DNA of 64,000 nt from Piromyces finnis finn (lineage: Eukaryota > Fungi > Neocallimastigomycota). The position numbers and the translations under genes were made by a program. Location of the stretch: positions 434,001 to 498,000 of the forward strand of contig MCFH01000001.1 in assembly GCA_002104945.1 (NCBI GenBank), written 5' to 3'. The notes beneath the pieces were generated by a model that was not told the DNA's origin, ran no database searches, and was given only the letters and a program-made list of their open reading frames with translations. Positions 13,401 through 24,361 of this stretch are shown here, piece after piece; positions within the stretch are counted from its first letter, which is position 1, and each line of letters opens with the position of its first letter.

Positions 13401-14800
13401 ATGACAGTACAAGTCTCTTGTGATAAAGGATCGTTAACAGATTCATTGTTAATTAAGACAGATTTAGAACGATTTTCTTTGGGATTACGAGAATGAGATA
13501 ACTTAGAATTTGAAAAAGAAGATTTAGGTTTGTCAATAAAAATAGGCAAAGAAACGGAAGAAGAGTTATTGCAATCAGTAGAAAAAACAGAAGTTTCCTG
13601 ATGGAATTCGGGAACATTCGAAGGGAGAGTCATACAATGATCCAAGCAATATGAAGAACCAAAGGATAATTTATTATTTTCAAAGTCAATACTTGGATTA
13701 TGTTCCTTAAGCCAACGTAGACCTAGAATACAAGGATATACAGGTAGATCAGTAACGTAAAAGACAGTACGGCATAGGTGATCCATGTAGCGAAGATTAA
13801 GAAGTGGAGTAACTCCGAACAGTTTTTGGCTACCACCAATACCGAATACGTTGGGTAAATCTTCTTCATAGTGGTAGGGAATATTGTGATCGTTGCAATA
13901 GTCGACATCTATTAGATTAAGTGTAGAACCGGAGTCTATAAGAATTTTTGTGTCTAGTTCAAACGATAATTTAAAATTTGAGGTTACCCTATCTTGTTGA
14001 TTTTTCTTGGAATTGGTAGAATTATTTTGTAGAGAAACTAAAGATTCGAATGCTGAGTTTTTATTTCTTCTCTTATGACAATCTTTCAGTTGGTGTCCTG
14101 GAGATCCACAATAGACACATAAGTTTTCCTTACTTCTTCTTTCTTTTTCTTCCTTGGATAACGGACCAAAGTATCTTTTCTTCTTGGGATGTTCTTTTAG
14201 ATTTGTGGAAGCCTTTCTGGAGCCATTGCTGGAATTAGAACTTGGTCCCTTAGTATTTTTGTCAAAAAATAATCCCCTGGTAGCAAGTCTGGAGTCTATT
14301 CTAGCTGCAATAGTTTGGAGGGAAAACAAATCTCTTGGTCCTGGGAACATCTCTAATATCTTCATTGCAACTTCTTGGTTGAGCCCAGCGATAAAAGCAT
14401 CCATCTTAGCCTCTTCATTCCAGTTAGATTCATCAGAGTATTTGTTAAATTCAAGGATGTATCCTCTGATGCCGCCCAAACGATGTTGCTTGAGAGTACG
14501 TAGCATTTGATTGGCTACGTAGACTGCATCATTGTTCCCGTAGAATGCCTTTAGTCTTTCCTTGAATGCTTGGTAGTTGGTCAGACATGGATCATGGTTG
14601 TCAATAAGCGTAGCGGCCCAATTTAATGCATTTCCATAAAGGCGAGAAATCAGGTAGATAACCTTGCTCTCTTCATCTTGATATCTTTCGGGATAAAGGA
14701 GAAAAACAAGTTCTATTTTGGCTAAGAAACCTTTGAGATATTTTCTGTCTCCTGCGAAACCGTCTTTTAGTGAGGCGTTATCAAATATTTGTCCTTCCAT
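10436..14800 (-). CDS. Gag-Pol polyprotein (single ORF): capsid, CCHC, protease, RT, RNaseH, integrase, canonical chromodomain
   Basis: [57 protein letters not shown]. Confidence 0.96.
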   Translation of the reverse strand: MEGQIFDNASLKDGFAGDRKYLKGFLAKIELVFLLYPERYQDEESKVIYLISRLYGNALNWAATLIDNHDPCLTNYQAFKERLKAFYGNNDAVYVANQMLRTLKQHRLGGIRGYILEFNKYSDESNWNEEAKMDAFIAGLNQEVAMKILEMFPGPRDLFSLQTIAARIDSRLATRGLFFDKNTKGPSSNSSNGSRKASTNLKEHPKKKRYFGPLSKEEKERRSKENLCVYCGSPGHQLKDCHKRRNKNSAFESLVSLQNNSTNSKKNQQDRVTSNFKLSFELDTKILIDSGSTLNLIDVDYCNDHNIPYHYEEDLPNVFGIGGSQKLFGVTPLLNLRYMDHLCRTVFYVTDLPVYPCILGLRWLKEHNPSIDFENNKLSFGSSYCLDHCMTLPSNVPEFHQETSVFSTDCNNSSSVSLPIFIDKPKSSFSNSKLSHSRNPKENRSKSVLINNESVNDPLSQETCTVMASNISLSKVDSCSPKNSFKDSNPTTKLPKELESYMDVFSESSAAQLPPHRPYDCQINLIENAKLFYGPIYPLTDEETRVLKDYIDENLKKGFIRKSKSPAGAPVLFVPKKNGELRLCQDYRELNKITIRDSYPLPLIQDMLEHLGKAKIFSKLDLRSAYNLVRIKKGDEYKTAFTCKFGHFEYLVMPFGLKNAPAVFQHFINDVLENILGIFVYSYIDDLIIFSENHKSHIKHVIEVLDRLRNAGLYAKLEKCEFFVSSIDFLGHRISSEGIHMDPNKVSAIINWPVPSSVKEVQSFIGLANYYRRFIPNFAKVAQPLHRLLRKNVKFDFSSEALDAFNTIKSLISSAPILSHPNRDLPFIVETDSSNFAIGAVLSQKSPDDKMIHPVAFYSRSLTSAERNYPIYDKELLAIVNALETWRHFLKGALTPFTIYSDHRNLLYQKKPEKMSQRLVRWALFLSEFNFKILYRSGSSNGKPDALSRRPDYMDSSLPSDAPFSVLRPENFCALICSISSLNDEILSEYVNDSFYIDICNFLENKNLPAPHPQSNKFSLSNSFLLFDSRIYVPLKCRPSVLKLCHDSPSAGHFGIRKTISLISRDFWWPSISIDVKNYIRSCEICCRSKPSRHKPYGLLQPLEISDHPWASISMDFITDLPPSDGFNTILVVVDRLTKMCHLIPFKGIPSASDTAFAFLNYIFKIHGLPSEIISDRGAQFTSKFWKSICQSLDVNVKYSSPYHHQSNGQTERVNSVVEQYLRCFSNYKGTNWINFLPLAEFSYNNAVQDSTKFSPFFLNYGYHPKYSPVIPDQTNVPRAEEFTRDFEDLMEKLKENLKKAIQVQKKYADKYRQEPPTFKTGDKVWLDSSLIIHKGNKKFNPRKLGPFRIISKISNLTYKLELPKSLKIYPIVHVSNLEPYYEDSFGRIKDPPPPIIVNEEEEYEVEEILDKRKHYGKIQYLIKWKGYPLSEASWEPESNLNCDELIKNFNNSH

Positions 14801-15492
14801 TAAAATTAAAAAAATATAATTGTTTGAAAATAAAAATTATGTAAATAAGATAAAGTTATGTTTGAAGAAATTAAGAAAGAAAAAAAAAATTAAATCTTTA
14901 TTATTATTTATTGATTAAAATATTTTAAATATAGACAAAGAGTCAAATTAAATAGTATTGGACCATCAAATATTTAATTTTATTAGTATTCAATACTAGG
15001 TCCCTTGTAGCTCTTTGTTGATAACGTAGATATTATCAATTGTTAATATTGGAAATGAAAATTTTCAATAAAAGGAATTAACGGTATTAGTTTCTTTATT
15101 GTCACTTACTTAATTAAGCGGAAAGAAAAAAAATAGGTTTAATTCCCCGATTATTAATAATATCTAAACAACAAAGTATTACGTATAGGTGTCCAACTAT
15201 CCACGCTAAGGGAGGTATTGAATCCTAACTTCTTTGTTATTTTAATATTTTTTCAAAAATAATAAATAAAATTTAATTTTATTTATTAAAAGTAGAAAAC
15301 GTTTTATTAGAAAATGAATTTTTTCTTTATTATTAAATTAAGCGTCCTGGCGCTCCCCTTATAATAACTGTGGGTTTTACTTTTGTTTTCAGTACCCTTA
15401 TTGTTAAAATAAGCTTCACTGACTTACTTAATTTTTTAATAAATTAAAAATTCTTCCTTTTTTAAACACTAAGGTGTTATTATATATTTTAG

Positions 15493-15662
15493 GAGTTTTT
15501 ATTGTAAAGAACTAATGTTCAATAAATAAAAACACAAATATATAAAAAGGAAAATAATAAAAGCAAATAAAAATTTTATTATTGAACACTTAACAAAATT
15601 ATAACAGGTTAGTGTTTAATAATTTTATTTTTATTATAAAATTTCTTTGTTAATAAAAACTC
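15493..15662 (-). promoter_or_regulatory. Self-priming PBS pair of element 2 (Tf1-like)
   Basis: The 10 nt after the 5' LTR (sense ATAAAAACTC; 15493-15502) are complementary to an LTR-internal 10-mer (15653-15662) about 35-45 nt downstream of a TATATAAATA box. No TGG tRNA PBS. Confidence 0.75.
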
Positions 15663-17245
15663 GAATTCAAAATAATTTTTTGAGAAATTTCACTCGTATT
15701 TATATAAATGTTTTTAAAAGTAAATTTATAAAAATTTTACAACTTAATTTTTTAAGCCAATCAGAAATTATCTTCTTTGGTAAAATTTCGTTATAAAATA
15801 TTTTAATAATTAAAAAAAAGATATTAATGAGGTTTCGAACTCGAGTAGTTCAAACCAAGGTCTTAGTTACTAACCACTAAGACAGGTTACTAATTTCTAT
15901 GATTCGTTACAATAACAATTACATCGATAAAATGATGAAAAATATCTTCTATTTATATTTTTCCTAAATACATTTATATTATATTATAACTATTTATTTC
16001 TTATATATTATTATTTAAAATCTACACTAAAATCTTAATTATTAATAAATATTTAAACTATAACTATTTTTAGTAAAATACAATTGGCAATTCAAATTAA
16101 GTACTATTTAATTTGAATATGTGCCCATGTATTATTGATATATTAATCATTTATTATTTATCTATTTCTATAAAAAAAACAATACTAAAACTAGGGATTT
16201 AAATTGAGAATATTAATTTACTTGTTAAACATTAAAAATAAATTAATAATTTATTTTGTTTTAAACTTTAATTATTAATAAATAAATTATGTCTCATTTT
16301 CTTTTTCTGAATATAATTTGTGTAACTTAAACAATAATACTTGTGGCTTAAGTTACATTAAAGATATCAAACAGAGGCGTTTGATATCTTTACATCTTTA
16401 CCACTTGATTGGGTAAAGCAAATAAACTTCCTATTTAATTAATAACCATTAATATATGGTTATACATATATTTGGCCAATAAATGATGACCAGAATATAT
16501 GGTTTCAATTGAAATATTTGTGGGCAAACTTATGGCCACAAATATTTCTTACAATTGGTACAGAATTTTATTATAAGTACCTTTTTCTTTATTGTTTGGG
16601 ACACTACAACAGTTATAAATAACAAATTTATATTCTAGATGAATATTTTTTTATTATATATTATTTTATTATTTTGTTTATTATTTTATTATTTTTATTA
16701 CAAGCTTTATTATTTATAAGTATTATTTATTATTATTTTATATTATTATTTGTTTTAAAAATAGGTATAATCTTAGAAAATAAACTAATATTATTATTAA
16801 TTCCTTCACTAAATCTAACAATAATATTATTTATTCTTCTATTATTATCACCTTATCTTTATTTTATTTATAATATAACTAATATAAACTAACTAAAACT
16901 AACTAAAAACTAAAAACTCTTCTTTTCTTTTATATATATATACGCGTCTTTCTCTTCCTTATATAATTATATTTTTATCATCCTTATATTAAATTATAAA
17001 AAGTTTATTTTACTTTAATAAATTATTTATAAGTTATTAATTTAATTTAATTTACCATTCTTATTATTACTATCGTTATATAAATTTATTAAATAAAAAT
17101 ATTTAAATCCATATATATTATAAGGGTTATTTCATTTACCAAATATATGGATTTATTGCATTTTTCTGAATGTGGTGTACCAAGACATCCCGCCTTAGTT
17201 TGGACTTCGTCCCTTGAAGTCCAATTTTAAATATTTTTTTTTTTA

Positions 17246-18194
17246 TTACAATTCAGAAAAATATGGAATTATATTCTTTAAGTGAATATTCCGTTCTGCA
17301 ATTTCCCCTGAAATAGGATCACAAACTGTAACTGTATTAAATTCTTTCTTTATGATTTTTAAGGGTCCAGTAAAATAAGGGTCCAGTTTCCTTCTATTGA
17401 ATACTTTAACTAATACTAAATCTCCAGGTTTATATGCGGCTCTCATTCGTTTACTCTGTCGTCTCCGGTCACTCCATAATTTATTGGCTGTTTCAATATT
17501 ATCGATGGCTTCTTGTATCCACTTATGATGTCTCACGAACTTCTGTATCCAATATTCCTCTTCGTTCTCATACTTATTCCTGTCTTTCATCAAAGATAGT
17601 TCGAAGGGTTGTAGATCTTTGCGTCCATATAGTAGTTCAAAGCTGCTGAACTTTGTAATTTCGTTTTTACAAGTTCTAAGAGCCCATAATGCACTAGGCA
17701 GTATTTCATCCCATTCATCTTCTTCATTACCTAATAGTTTCAGATATTTGATTATCTCCTTATTCCGGTTTTCCACTTCTCCATTAGATGCAGGGTGGTA
17801 TGTCGATACGTATTGGACGTACACGTCATGTAAATCCAGGAATGCCTTCGTCTTATCAGATCTAAATTGAGGCCCATTGTCTGTTACTAGAACCTCTGGA
17901 ATACCATGGCGAGAAAATACCCTCTTCAAAAAGTCAATGACATCATCGGATTCTATATTCTCCAAAGCCTCAGCCTCCACCCATTTAGTTAAATAGTCCA
18001 CTAGGACAATGATGTATTTATTGCCTTTATTTGTTATTGGCAACGGACCTACCAGATCAAGACCTACTCTTGAAAATGGTAAGCCTGGCTTTGTAGGTAT
18101 GCTTTCAACAAAAAGGTTAGATTTCTGTGGCTTGAATTGTTGGCATCTTGGACAACACTTAATATAAATTTTTATATCGTTATTCATGCCCTTC
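17246..18194 (-). CDS. Element D Pol, integrase fragment
   Basis: CPRC zinc finger half, GLDLVGP/VTDNGPQF/NGEVE DDE core, GPY/F-type motif, no chromodomain. Joins in frame to EFYWK at 31282 after removing element 3. Confidence 0.9.
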
Positions 18195-19009
18195 TGTAAC
18201 GAATCATAGAAATAAAGAAATTGTCTTAGTGGTTAGTAACTAAGACTTTGGTCCGAATGTCTTGAGTTCGAGACTTCTAAATTATTTTTTTTTTATTTTT
18301 ATTTTAATTTTTTTATTTTGATTTTTTATCAACTCGAAATTCTTTGATTGGTTAAGAAATTTAAGTTGTAAAAAATCTTTTAGATTAATTTTAAAAATTT
18401 TTATATAAATACGAGTGGATTTTTCTAAATTTAAAAAAAATTGAGTTTTTATTAATTAATAAATTATTGTTAAACACTAACCTATTAAGTTAAAATTTGT
18501 GTGTTTTTAATAATAATTTTAAATATTAATAATTAACAGTAAGATAAAAGTGTTTTATATTTACTAAGTTATTTTAGTAAATTGTTATAAATTTTTTATT
18601 GTTAAGAACACATTTCTTTACAATAAAAACTCCTTTATAATAATAGACTTAATACCTTAGTGTTAAAGAATTAGTTATAGATAAAACTTATGTTTTATTA
18701 TTGAAGCTTTTCTTTTAAAACATATTTAAAAAAAATATATATATATAATTAAAATATAAAATAATAAAATAGTTAAAATTTATTATAAAAAAAAAACAGA
18801 GTATAGCTAGTAACAACACTTGAGTTGTGGAGGAGGCGCTCAAAGTTATTTTATAAAAATAAAAACTATAATTATTTTATAAATTTTAAATTATTTTTTA
18901 TTTTTTTGGAACGAAGTTTTTAATAAAACACTTTATTTTTCAAGTTTTCTTGAAAATTAGATTTATTTAATAATATTTTAAAAATATTATATAATAAACT
19001 AATATTGAC

Positions 19010-22000
19010 TGTAAAGTCAGACACTAAACCGAATAGATTAGGATATCTAACCTATTACAATAACACAAAAATTTGAAAAATAGAATAAAAAATTGTTTTA
19101 TAAAATATCTTTTATTATAATAGAATTTTAATAATAACAATTACATCGATAAAATGATGAAAAATATCTTCTATTTATATTTTTCCTAAATACATTTATA
19201 TTATATTATAGCTATTTATTTCTTATATATTATTATTTAAAATCTACACTAAAATCTTAATTATTAATAAATATTTAAACTATAACTATTTTTAGTAAAA
19301 TACAATTGGCAATTCAAATTAAGTACCATTTAATTTGAATATGTGCCCATGTATTATTGATATATTAATCATTTATTATTTATCTATTTCTATAAAAAAA
19401 CAATACTAAAACTAGGGATTTAAATTGAGAATATTAATTTACTTGTTAAACATTAAAAATAAATTAATAATTTATTTTGTTTTAAACTTTAATTATTAAT
19501 AAATAAATTATGTCTCATTTTCTTTTTCTGAATATAATTTGTGTAACTTAAACAATAATACTTGTGGCTTAAGTTACATTAAAGATATCAAACAGAGGCG
19601 TTTGATGTCTTTACAATCTCTCTCTCTAAGTCGAGCTCCTGCGAGATTAATTTATAAGGAATCTTTTCTCGAAGGAATTTCAATTACAAATGGTTGGTAT
19701 CTGTGCTTGATTAGATTACCACCTTTATTCTTTCTTATTCTCATGGAGGAGTCATCCAACTTATGTTTTGACTTTTTAGAGTTTCTTTCGAACTCTTGTA
19801 TTAATTGTTTGTCCGGGATCTGATCTTCAGAAACCCAAGTGGATTTGTCAAATCCTTTCCACGATAACTTATAAAATGTCTCACCATTAACAGATTTCAT
19901 CTTCTCAATTTTTTCTGGAATTTTTTCAATTAAATCTGTGTTAAGATGAATATTTCTTTTCCTACTATTAGACCTATCTATAAACTCGTTTTCAAAGTAT
20001 GGTTCTAACAATGAGACATGAAAGACTGGATGACATCTCATTGTCTTTGGGAGTTTCAATTTAAAAGCGAGAGAACTAACTTTTTCAATTATTTCAAATG
20101 GACCAAGCATTTGAGGTGCTAATTTCTTCTTCAAGTTAGTTCTCGGAGAATCTTTCAATAACCATACCTTCTTTCCCACTTCAAATTCCGGGGGACTTAT
20201 TCTTTTCATATCGGCATATTTCTTATATGTTTCTTTTGCTTTTTCTAAGTTTCCTTTTAATAATTTAAAGTTTTCACTCATATCAATTACTCTTTGTTCA
20301 GCTCTACTAGGTCTATCATTAGCCGGGATTTCCAAGCTGAACTTTGGATGAAAACCATAATTAGCAAAGAATGGGGATTGATTTATAGATTGCTGTAAAG
20401 TATTATTATAAGCAAATTCAGCAAATGGGATAAGATCAACCCAGTTATTCTGCTTTTTATTGATAAAACAACGGAAATATTGTTCTAATATGCCGTTCAC
20501 CCTCTCCGTTTGACCATCTGTCTGCGGATGGTTAGCAGTTGACAATGAATGATTGATATTAAGAAGGTCACAAAGTCTTGACCAGAAATCAGAAGTAAAT
20601 TGCGAGCCTCTATCAGAAATAATGGAATTAGGAAGACCATGCAAACGGAAGACATTGGCAATAAAAGCATCAGCAGCAATTGAAGCAGTAGGAAGACAAC
20701 GTAAAGGAATGGCGTGAGCAAATTTAGTAAATCTATCGACAACAACCATAAGTGTAGTCATATCTCTGGACTTAGGAAGATCAACAATAAAGTCGATAGA
20801 GATATCAGACCAAGGCCTACTAGGAGTGTCCAAAGGGGATAACAATCCATAAGGCTTATGTCTAGGGACTTTGGATTTGCAACAAGTCACGCAAGATTTA
20901 ATAAAGGATTTAACATCTGAATGAAATCTTGGCCACCAAAAGTTTCTTGAAATAAGTTCGACAGTTTTCTTAATGCCGAAATGGCCAGCAGCAACAGAAT
21001 CATGATGGAGTTCCAAAACTCTAGTCCTAAGAGATTTAGGAACATAAATAAGATTATTAAATAACAAAAATCCTTCACCGTCCATAATAACTTTATCAAT
21101 ATTTTTAATAGGTGCATTACTTGTAGAACCATTCATTTTAAATTGAACAATGGAATTATACAAATCGTCATTTTTAAGTTCTGATAAAATAGAATCTATT
21201 AAAGGTTTGTTATCACTATGATGAAGCGAAATAGTAAGACAAGAAACATCAGAGTTAATAACATTCACTAAATGATCACTTCTACGAGACAGAATGTCAG
21301 GCTTACCAGATTTCTTACCAGCTCTATAAATGAGTTTAAAGTCAAATCTGGATAAGAACAAATTCCATCTAATTTGTCTCTGAGATAACATTTCAGGTTT
21401 TCTAGGAAATGTTAAGTTCTTGTGATCGGTATAAATTATGAACTGATGGCGTGCACCCTCTAAGTAATGACGCCATTCTTCAAGTGCAACTATAATGGCT
21501 AACAGTTCCTTGTCATATATAGGATAGTTTCTTTGACAACTCGTCAAACTTTTAGAAAGAAATGCAATGGGATGTAATTTGCCGTCAAACTCTTGAGAGA
21601 GAATAGCACCGACAGCATAATTACTAGCATCAGTTTCAACAATAAATTGTTTATTACTATCCGCATGTTTCAGAATAGGAGCTGACGTGAACAAAGTTTT
21701 TAATAAATTAAAAGCGTCCTGATCTTCTTTCACCCAGTTAAAAGCAACATTTTTTCTAGTGAGCTTGTGAAGAGGGTTTGCAATTTTAGCAAAGTCTTTA
21801 ATAAAAATTCTGTAATAGTTACATAGACCAATAAAAGACTGAACCTCTTTAACATTCTTGGGAACCGGCCAATCGAGAATTGCTTTAACTTTATTTTCAT
21901 CCATTTGCAACCCATCTTTTGAAATGACATAACCAAGAAAAGTGGTTTTCTTAACATCAAACTCACATTTTTCTAATTTAACATAAAGATTATTTTCGAG

Positions 22001-24329
22001 TAGTTTCTTAAGTACCTTTTTAACATGCTCGTGATGCTCTTCGATATTATTAGAATAAATAAGGATATCATCAATATATGAGATAACAAAATCATCTAAA
22101 TAATCACTAAGAACATCGTTAATAAAGTGTTGAAAGGTTGCAGGTGCATTCTTTAATCCAAAAGGCATAACCAGATATTCAAAATGACCATACCTAGTAC
22201 GAAAAGCCGTTTTGTATTCATCACCTTCTTTAATACGAACAAGATTATAAGCGGATTTAAGGTCTAGTTTGGTAAAAATCTTAGCATTTTTCACCCTATC
22301 CAAAAGGTCACTTATTAAAGGTAAAGGATATGAATTACGAATTGTAATATCATTCAACCTTCTATAATCAATACAAAGTCTTAAGGAACCGTCCTTCTTT
22401 TTAACAAACAAAATTGGGGCACCAGCAGGAGACGATGATTTCCTAATGAAACCTTTATTTAAATTTTCATCTATATACTTTTTAAGTTCCTCTCTTTCAA
22501 CTTCAGTTAATGGATACAATGGTCCATAAAATAAAGTTGAATCATCCTTAAGCTTGATTTCGCAATCATAAGGTCTATGAGGAGGTAACACTTCACAATT
22601 TTTTTCATTAAACACTTCACTAAATTCTAAATATTGGGTTGGTACGGAGACCAATTTATCTTTATTAATATCCTTTTCATTATTATTATTATTATTACTA
22701 CATGATTCATTATTATTATTACATGTTTCATTAATTTTCGTTACAATACATTTAACTTTTTTATTAAAACTAATATATTCCTCATCGCTATCATCTTCAT
22801 CATTAATGGTTCTAACAAGGCGGCCTTTAATATACTCCTTTTCTTCAGGGTTTTTTAAAGGGGCTGTAGAGACAGATTTTACTGTTTTAGTTAAACTTCG
22901 GTCAAGAACATCATGATCTAGCTGGCTTTTTTGAGACTTCTTTCTTTGCTTCCTTCTTCTTTTACCTTGGTTACAGTGTCTAGCACAATAACCGGAACTA
23001 AAAGCAATTTTCTTAGGATCATAAAAAGCTTCAGGATTATGCTTTTTGATCCAAGGTAACCCAAGAATAACATCAACTCCAGGAACCTTTAAGCTATACA
23101 GCTGAATAACTTCATAATGGTTCCTATATCTTAGCATACATTTCTCCGACTTTTCCCAGACTCTGGAAATTCCATCATTGACTCCGGAAACACGGAATGG
23201 GTCAATATTCTCAAATTTAATGCCAAGATCCTCAGCAATATCCGGGTTAATAAAATTTAACTCGGAACCAGAATCAATCAACACCTTGATTTTTGCTTCG
23301 GGGACCTCGTTAGTACTTAAATAAAAGTCAATAAAATTCAAATCATCTTTTTTGTCCATTACTCCTACTTTATAAATTTTTGGTTCAACAATCTTAGGAG
23401 TTTTTTCTTTAATTATTCTAAAAACCTTCTTGGGTTTTACTCTATTTGGACAATTAAATTTAAAATGTCCAGGTTTTTTACACAAAAAACAAACCCCCTT
23501 TCTCCTTTCTTCTTCAAACGTTCTTGGGCTCTCATCATAATTATTACTAGTTCCTTGAATATTTACATAACGTTTACGCTTCTTATCAGCACTAATTCTA
23601 AAAACGTCAACATCCATAGGATCATTAGCCCTTCTATTATTAAAATAAAACTCACTCAAAGAATTCCTTTTCATCATATCTTCAACTAATATTGTTGAGG
23701 ATATTAAATGTTCCATAGATGACGGGTTTGTTTCGACAAACGCCAATTTCTCTCTAAGTAATGGATTTAAACCTTTCAGAAACATATAGATCTTAGCACT
23801 TTCGTTAAAGTTGGAATTTTGGCTAACTCGTTGAAACTCGGTGATATAATCAACTACTTGACCAAGTTTTCTTTGTCTAATGTTATCGAGTTTACCGTTT
23901 GCAACAACAGTGTCATATCGATCACTACCGAAATTAGCTCTGAGGCGATCTATAAATTCATCATAATGGTTCAATACATTACTATTATTCCTCATAAGCG
24001 ATGATGCCCATTCCAGGGGTCTACCAGAGAAGTAGGAAATAACGAAATCAACCCGGACGCGATCTGTATTATACAGTGCCGGTCGAGTTCGAAATACCAA
24101 TTCTACTCTAGTTAAAAACCCATCTAAATCTCTATGTCTACCAGTAAACAACGGAGGAGCATTGATAATGTTCCCTGGATTTACTGTAGAACCACCACCT
24201 CTTTCTTCCATTTCTTCTAAATTTAAATTATCAAAAGTATTAATTAATTCCTCCAACTCTAATACAAAAACACATAAAATTAAAATTAAATAAAATAACG
24301 AGGGTTTCTTACTATTATTTCAAGTAAGT

Positions 24330-24361
<32 letters not shown>

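Larger units (their letters stand above)
9778..15911 (-). mobile_element. Intact chromovirus element 2 (family C), inserted in the 5' LTR of element 1
   Basis: 409-bp LTRs 9778-10186 and 15503-15911; TSD ATAAC (9773-9777, 15912-15916); PPT GGAGGAGGACCA (sense). Confidence 0.96.
3313..16394 (-). mobile_element. Ty3/Gypsy chromovirus element 1 (family B), disrupted by two nested insertions
   Basis: 3' LTR 3313-3918; 5' LTR 9650-9777 + 15917-16394; TSD TCTTT (3308-3312, 16395-16399); PPT (sense GAGAGAGAGAT) next to the 3' LTR. Confidence 0.95.
2972..16553. mobile_element. Solo LTR F (~495 bp: 2972-3312 + 16400-16553), split by element 1
   Basis: TGTAAAAGG...TTTCTTACA termini; 5-bp TSD ATCAC (2967-2971 and 42858-42862, the right copy displaced by element D). 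Confidence 0.7.

Noticed and set aside
16674-16892. 72-aa hydrophobic ORF repeated at 42347
   Set aside because: AT-rich low-complexity sequence within the two D LTRs.
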